A stretch of 64,000 nt of DNA from Deltaproteobacteria bacterium (GTDB taxonomy: Bacteria > Myxococcota_A > Polyangia > Fen-1088), in contig JANRKS010000035.1 in assembly GCA_033763315.1 (NCBI GenBank), positions 160,001 to 224,000 of the forward strand. Reading direction: 5' to 3'. The notes under the pieces were generated by a model. The model was not told the DNA's origin. It saw nothing but the letters and a program-made list of their open reading frames with translations, and did no database searches. Shown in pieces: positions 58,805-64,000 of the stretch (its first letter is position 1; each line of letters starts with the position of its first letter). The translations under genes were made by a program, and so were the position numbers.

Positions 58805-60493
58805 ATGGCGGGCGTTCGAGAACCACCGCCAGCGCACGCGCCTTTGCCCGAACGTGAGAGTTTGCACGTTGAGTTCAAAAGCGATCGCAAGCCCTTGGCA
58901 GACAACGACCTTATCGAGGCTGTTGTTTGTATGGCCAACGCTGAAGGCGGCAGCATTTACCTGGGAGTGGAAGATGATGGCACACCTACGGGAATCAGTG
59001 ACAAACACGCAGATCCTTTGCGCTTGTCGGGCCTCGTGGCGAGCCGCACGGTGCCGCCGGTTGTTGTCAGGGTGGATCTTGTTTCGGTAGGCGATGTTTC
59101 CGTTGCACAAATCCAGGTTCCTGCGGCGTCGCGAATTGTTGGAACCACGTCGGGCGTCTACCGGCAGCGCCGAATCATGGGCGACGGGAAACCCGGCTGC
59201 GCTCCGATGCATCCTTCTGACCTGGACTCGCGATCTTCGTCTTTAGGCATTCTGGATGTTACGAAGCGGCTGATCTCGGAGGCCACGCTTGATGATTTAG
59301 ATCCTGTTTGGCGTGCACGTCTGCCGCAGGTGATCGAAGAGAACCGCGGTGATGCGTCGCTTTTGGCGATCGACCAGCAACAACGGGACGCAGCGCTGGG
59401 GCTGATCTCCAGACAGCCGGACGGGCGTTGGGTGCCTACCTTACTGGGGATGTTGTTGGTGGGCAGAGAATCTTCCTTACAGAACTTTGTGCCTACGCAC
59501 GAAGTGGCGTTTCAAGTGGTGGAAGGTTCCGATGTTCGAACGAACCTTTTCTCGCGCGCCCCTTTGCTACGCATTGTTGAATGGCTTGGCACCGTGATGG
59601 AGCCCGTGAACCCTGAACAAGAGTTTTTCAGGGGTCCCTATCGGGTGGGAATTCCCCGCTTTGATCGACTGGCCTTCCGCGAAGCGGTGGCAAACGCATT
59701 GGTTCACCGCGACTACAGCGTGTTGGGCACCGTATTTGTTCGGTTGCGGGACGATGTTCTTTCGATCTCGAACCCTGGGGGTTTCATCTCAGGCGTTGGA
59801 ATCGACAATCTATTGAGCACTGAACCGCGCGCAAGAAACCCGGCCTTGGCCGATGCGTTCAAGCGATTGGGGTTGGTTGAACGCAATGGCCGCGGGGTTG
59901 AATTGATCTACCGAGGCCAGCTTTTGTACGCGCGGCCCCTGCCCAGTTACGCCCAAAGCACGCCCTACACCGTGGTGTTGCGGATTCCGTTTGCAGCGGC
60001 AGACGCTGTATTCATGCAAATGATTCTCGAAGAAGAGACGCGCCGCAGCCGGCCGCTCCCCATCGAAAGCCTGATTGCTTTATCGACGCTACGGCAACAC
60101 AAGCGATTGTCGTCACCTGAACTGGCAACCCTCATTCAGCATGACGCTTCCAACGCAGCGGCTGTGCTTGAGGCTTTGCGTGAGCTGGGCTTTGTTCAGT
60201 CGCAGGGTCGAGGCAAAACATCCACATACATTCTTTCGCCTTCAACCTACGAGAGGCTGGGCGGCAAGTCCGAATACGTCCGCCAAGCAGGCTTCGCGAT
60301 ACCCCAGCAGCGTGCCATGATCCAAGAATACGCGGCGTCGCACGGAGCGATCACAACTGCGGAAGCGATGGAGCTTTGTGGTCTTTCCGAAGACCAGGCA
60401 CGCAGGCGCCTGAAGGACCTTGTGGCTGAGGGGAAGCTGGTTGAAGGGGGCGCGAGAGGCAACAGGATCTACTCTCGGACGCAGCCAGAATGA
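58805..60493 (+). CDS. AlbA_2(Schlafen-like)/HATPase_c_4/HTH protein inserted in BREX
   Basis: ESLHVEFKS, MANAEGGSIYLGVEDDG, REAVANALVHRDY, RNPALA...VERNGRG, two C-terminal winged HTHs. Confidence 0.85.
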   Translation: MAGVREPPPAHAPLPERESLHVEFKSDRKPLADNDLIEAVVCMANAEGGSIYLGVEDDGTPTGISDKHADPLRLSGLVASRTVPPVVVRVDLVSVGDVSVAQIQVPAASRIVGTTSGVYRQRRIMGDGKPGCAPMHPSDLDSRSSSLGILDVTKRLISEATLDDLDPVWRARLPQVIEENRGDASLLAIDQQQRDAALGLISRQPDGRWVPTLLGMLLVGRESSLQNFVPTHEVAFQVVEGSDVRTNLFSRAPLLRIVEWLGTVMEPVNPEQEFFRGPYRVGIPRFDRLAFREAVANALVHRDYSVLGTVFVRLRDDVLSISNPGGFISGVGIDNLLSTEPRARNPALADAFKRLGLVERNGRGVELIYRGQLLYARPLPSYAQSTPYTVVLRIPFAAADAVFMQMILEEETRRSRPLPIESLIALSTLRQHKRLSSPELATLIQHDASNAAAVLEALRELGFVQSQGRGKTSTYILSPSTYERLGGKSEYVRQAGFAIPQQRAMIQEYAASHGAITTAEAMELCGLSEDQARRRLKDLVAEGKLVEGGARGNRIYSRTQPE

Positions 60494-60651
60494 CGCCATC
60501 GGTCACAGATGAATGCTGCGCACGGTCACAGATGACCACGACGGTGGTTCTGGGCGCAAAACTCTAGTTCCTTCAATAGTTACATGCACTTAGTGACCTT
60601 CTAAGATTCTTCCGGCACCCGCACAATGACTCAATCGGTCACAGATGACCG
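60489..60651. promoter_or_regulatory. repeated operator-like sites upstream of pglX
   Basis: CGGTCACAGATGA at 60500, 60523 and 60636; the latter two form the GGTCA-N4-TGACC palindrome. Confidence 0.6.
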
Positions 60652-60672
60652 CAGGCAAATCACAGCGAAACC

Positions 60673-63600
60673 ATGTCCAACCACCTTTTCGATAGCAGCA
60701 CCAAAGAGGCCCTTCGCAAGACCATTCGGGGGTTGCGGGGGCGGCTTATTGACCAGCTGACGGCGGCGGCCGAGGGTGAATACCGGCTGAGTTTGCCGAT
60801 CGAAAAAGCAAAGCTTCCTGAGGGCCGCAGAATTCGGCGGCAGCGTTTGGAAGACTGTTTGGATGAGCAAGCCCGTGGGGAGCTGCGTGGTGCGGGAATG
60901 CCGGATGTCCCGGCGAAGGGGAAGCGCAAGGCAAGTTCGAGTGCGGGGGTGGATGCGGGCGCTTTGCGAACGCGTTTGCTGAACCAATCGGTGAAAGAGG
61001 CGGCTTATACGTTGCTGAACCGCTTGCTGATTGTGCGCATCATGGAACACCATGGCTTAAGCAAGCCGGCGGTGGTGACGGGTGGCTGGCAAAGCGCGGG
61101 CTATCGTGAATTCGCGCCGTATGCGGGTGCTTTGACGGGCGACGATGCGCTTGGTTACGATCTTTTGCTGGGGTTGCTGTTCGATGAATTGGCGTTAGAG
61201 CTGCCGGGGTTGTTTGGGGCGGTGGGGCTTGTGCCTTTGTTCCCGATACCGGCAGCAACGTGGCGTGATGTGATCGATTGCTTGAACGACAGCAAGCTTG
61301 AGGCTGCTTGGGGCGAAGACACAACCTTGGGGTGGGTGTATCAGTTCTGGAATGATCCGGAACGGGAGGCGTTAGACGACAAGATCGCGGGTGGTGGCAA
61401 GATCTTGCCGCACGAGATCGCCAGCAAAACGCAGATGTTCACGGAGCGCTACATGGTGGAATGGCTGCTGCAAAACAGCCTGGGCACGATGTGGCTGCAG
61501 ATCTGCAAGAAGAATGGCTGGGCGGCTGATTTCGAGGGCATTCGTGGGGGGCTGCAAGCGCGTCGCGCGGATTGGCGGGGGAAACGGGAACGGGGGGAAG
61601 TGGCACTGGATGCGTTGATGCCTTTGCACGATGCTTTGGAGAATCAGTGGAAATATTGGGTTGATCAGCCTGTGCCTGATTTTGATGCACATACGCCGGG
61701 GAGCGTTCGGGATCTGAAGCTTCTGGATCCGGCTTGTGGCTCGGGGCACTTCTTGGTGATCGCGTTTGATTTGCTTGCGGCGCTTTATGCGGAGGAGGCG
61801 CGGCACCGTAGTGAAGGTTTTGATGCGGCGGAGGTTGCGCGGGGGATCGTGCACAACAACCTGCACGGGGTTGATATTGATCCGCGTGCTGTGCAGATCG
61901 CGGCTGCGGCTTTGTGGTTGAAGGCAAAGCGGTTTGCGCCTGGGGTTCGGTTGGATCGCATGAATCTTGTAGCGCCTGTGTTCAAGCTTGCGGGACTGGG
62001 GGGTGATGATCCGGCACGTTTGCGTTTGCAAAGTGATCTTGAGCGCGAGGTGGGCATTCCGAAGGCGCTCACGGATGCGTTGCTTTCGGGATTGGCGGGC
62101 GTTGATCACTTGGGCACTCTGTTGCGGGTGGATCGTGAGGTGGAAAAATCGTTGGCTGCTTATCAAGTGGCAACGAAGGGGGGGCCGAAGCAGGGGAACT
62201 TGTTTACGGGGATGCCGGCGCAGCAGCTGAAGTTATCGGTGGAAGACGCAAAAGAAAGCGTGCTCGATAAGCTGGGGGCGTTTCTTGATGCGCATCAGGC
62301 GGAGCAGGATTTGGGGCTGCGTCTTGAGGGTGAGCAGTTGGCGGCGGGCGTGCGTTTTGTGCGGCTGGTGCGCGAGGGGGCGTATGACGTGGTGGTGGGG
62401 AACCCGCCGTATCAGGGCACAAGCAAGATGGATGAGGTGGAGTGGTTCAAGAAGCATTACCCGCGGGGGAAGGCGGACCTATATGCGTGCTTCTTGGAGC
62501 GCGGGCTTGAGCTTGTGCGCGAGGGTGGAGTGAGTGCGTTGTTGACGATGCGCGGGTGGATGTTTTTGAGCACGTTTACGGAGTTGCGTGAGCGGTTGCT
62601 GGGTGGCCTTGCCGTTATCGCCGACTTGGGTGTAGGGGCCTTTGACGAAATCGGTGGAGAGGTTGTGCAGGTATCGCTTACCGTGACAAGGCGAGATACC
62701 TATTCGGGCAGCTCTGCGGCGGTTCGCATTGAATACACCCGAGGCTACAAACGAATCGGGCGCGCCCCCATCGCAGCTTCATTGTATGCGCACGACCGCC
62801 TCTACACATTCGACGCGAGGAAACTCGCCGGCATCGAAGGCACCCCAATGGTCTATTGGTGGGACAAGAAGTTCCTTGATGAATACATCGCCGCCCCGAA
62901 ACTGGGAAATGTCGCGGCCGTGCGCCAAGGGTTGGCGACCTCAGATAATGTTCGCTTTCTTTTGCGGCCCTGGGAGCAGCACCTCCACTCTATTGGGACT
63001 TTGGGTGCCCCAATGGTTCCCTACATAAAGGGCGCTGCGGGCAGGAGTTGGTTCGAGCCACTCGAAGAATCCATCAGGTGGCAGCGCAACGGACTCGAAG
63101 TGAAAGTCTATGCTCAGGCGCTCTACGGTAGTTACACCCGTACAATTAAGAACGAAGAATTCTATTTCCGTAAGGGTATTGCGTTCAGCTCGACGGGATC
63201 GATTTGTCGAGCGCGTTACCACCGCTTTGCGAGCGTTTTTGATGTAAAGGGGCAGTCCGTATTCCCGGACAATCCACATCAAGTTTGCCTAGCTATGAAC
63301 ACCTCGTTCGCGGGGGAGGTGCTTGAAGCGCTGAATCCATCGATCAGTTTTCAGGTTGGTGACGCCACTCGGATGCCTTTGCGTCCGCAAGCCCTTACGG
63401 AGCAGTTGTGGGCTGTGATCGATGGTGCATTCTCTACGCACGAATCCCACCGCGAGCCTTCCGTAGAATTCAAACGCCCCGGCCCATCCCCATGGCGATC
63501 CGCACAAGCCTGGGCACAACTCGCTGTTGATCGCGAAAAGGGCGCACCACTTCCCCCATATACCCCCGAACTCGATCCCCCCGATCCCGAAGCCGACCTC

Positions 63601-64000
63601 TCTTTCGCGATCGGCGTTGCACTCGGCCGCTTCGGCGCCACTGGCGAAGGCATTCTCGATCAAGCCCCACCCGCTGCGCTTCCCAACGGCATCCTGTTCC
63701 TCAGCGCCATCGACACCATCGCCAACAGCCTCAACACACCACCGCCCAACGCCACCGCGGCCATCGATCAAATCAAAGACGCATGGCAAGCCGATAGCAC
63801 CGCGATCCTCAAAGACGGCAAGCGCATGGATCTCTCTGAATATCTGCGCCGCGAGTTCTTCAGGTACCACAAGAACCTCTACGAAAACCGCCCCATCTAC
63901 TTCCCGCTTTCAAGCGAGAACCGCAACTTCGTTGCGTGGGTCAGCATTCACCGCTTCACAGAGAACACCCTGCCCACCCTTCTTTCCGATCACCTGCACC
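60673..64000 (+). CDS. pglX: BREX adenine-specific DNA methyltransferase PglX (BrxX), 3'-truncated by window edge; missing from ORF track
   Basis: Segments translated by hand from ATG 60673, all in one frame: LGWVYQFW, KTQMFTERYMV, LLDPACGSGHFL, VVGNPPY, KADLY, LNPSISFQVGD, FFRYHKNLYENRPIYF. Confidence 0.93.
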   Translation, partial: MSNHLFDSSTKEALRKTIRGLRGRLIDQLTAAAEGEYRLSLPIEKAKLPEGRRIRRQRLEDCLDEQARGELRGAGMPDVPAKGKRKASSSAGVDAGALRTRLLNQSVKEAAYTLLNRLLIVRIMEHHGLSKPAVVTGGWQSAGYREFAPYAGALTGDDALGYDLLLGLLFDELALELPGLFGAVGLVPLFPIPAATWRDVIDCLNDSKLEAAWGEDTTLGWVYQFWNDPEREALDDKIAGGGKILPHEIASKTQMFTERYMVEWLLQNSLGTMWLQICKKNGWAADFEGIRGGLQARRADWRGKRERGEVALDALMPLHDALENQWKYWVDQPVPDFDAHTPGSVRDLKLLDPACGSGHFLVIAFDLLAALYAEEARHRSEGFDAAEVARGIVHNNLHGVDIDPRAVQIAAAALWLKAKRFAPGVRLDRMNLVAPVFKLAGLGGDDPARLRLQSDLEREVGIPKALTDALLSGLAGVDHLGTLLRVDREVEKSLAAYQVATKGGPKQGNLFTGMPAQQLKLSVEDAKESVLDKLGAFLDAHQAEQDLGLRLEGEQLAAGVRFVRLVREGAYDVVVGNPPYQGTSKMDEVEWFKKHYPRGKADLYACFLERGLELVREGGVSALLTMRGWMFLSTFTELRERLLGGLAVIADLGVGAFDEIGGEVVQVSLTVTRRDTYSGSSAAVRIEYTRGYKRIGRAPIAASLYAHDRLYTFDARKLAGIEGTPMVYWWDKKFLDEYIAAPKLGNVAAVRQGLATSDNVRFLLRPWEQHLHSIGTLGAPMVPYIKGAAGRSWFEPLEESIRWQRNGLEVKVYAQALYGSYTRTIKNEEFYFRKGIAFSSTGSICRARYHRFASVFDVKGQSVFPDNPHQVCLAMNTSFAGEVLEALNPSISFQVGDATRMPLRPQALTEQLWAVIDGAFSTHESHREPSVEFKRPGPSPWRSAQAWAQLAVDREKGAPLPPYTPELDPPDPEADLSFAIGVALGRFGATGEGILDQAPPAALPNGILFLSAIDTIANSLNTPPPNATAAIDQIKDAWQADSTAILKDGKRMDLSEYLRREFFRYHKNLYENRPIYFPLSSENRNFVAWVSIHRFTENTLPTLLSDHLH

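Noticed and set aside
60631-63870. Short ORFs in the track over the last 3.3 kb
   Set aside because: They are shadows of pglX, which the track omits because its stop lies beyond the window.

Overview
GC-rich bacterial window; the gene content and lipoprotein style suggest Myxococcota, which is an inference. Bases 1-19.7 kb are host genes: 3' part of cobS, DUF4105/Lnb-like protein, glutaminyl cyclase, beta-carbonic anhydrase, beta-propeller lipoproteins, GH130, PlsC, YqgE/AlgH, L,D-transpeptidase, YajQ and others. They are followed by tRNA-Asp(GTC) at 19711-19784. A ~33 kb integrative element sits in the 3' end of that tRNA, bounded by a perfect 23-bp direct repeat (19765-19787 and 52853-52875), with what looks like the displaced tRNA terminator just after attR. 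The element has one translationally coupled xis / primase-helicase / family-A DNA polymerase / xis / tyrosine-integrase operon, and I recognise no capsid or conjugation genes. The integrase ORF runs through att, so excision would swap its C-terminus, as in phage Mx8. The cargo is defence-like. It comprises an SNF2 helicase / DUF1156 methylase / DUF499 ATPase system with two paralogous methylases and a Gabija pair nested between them, two PD-(D/E)XK nucleases, and an unassigned operon encoding a membrane protein, two ComEC-type metallo-beta-lactamase (MBL) hydrolases and small ORFs. Beyond attR lies a type 6-like BREX locus (brxE-brxA-brxB-brxC, an inserted AlbA_2/HATPase/HTH gene, and pglX running off the window), with palindromic repeats upstream of pglX and a sharp G-to-C skew flip across the pglX target-recognition region. 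All family calls come from motifs read by eye; no searches were run.
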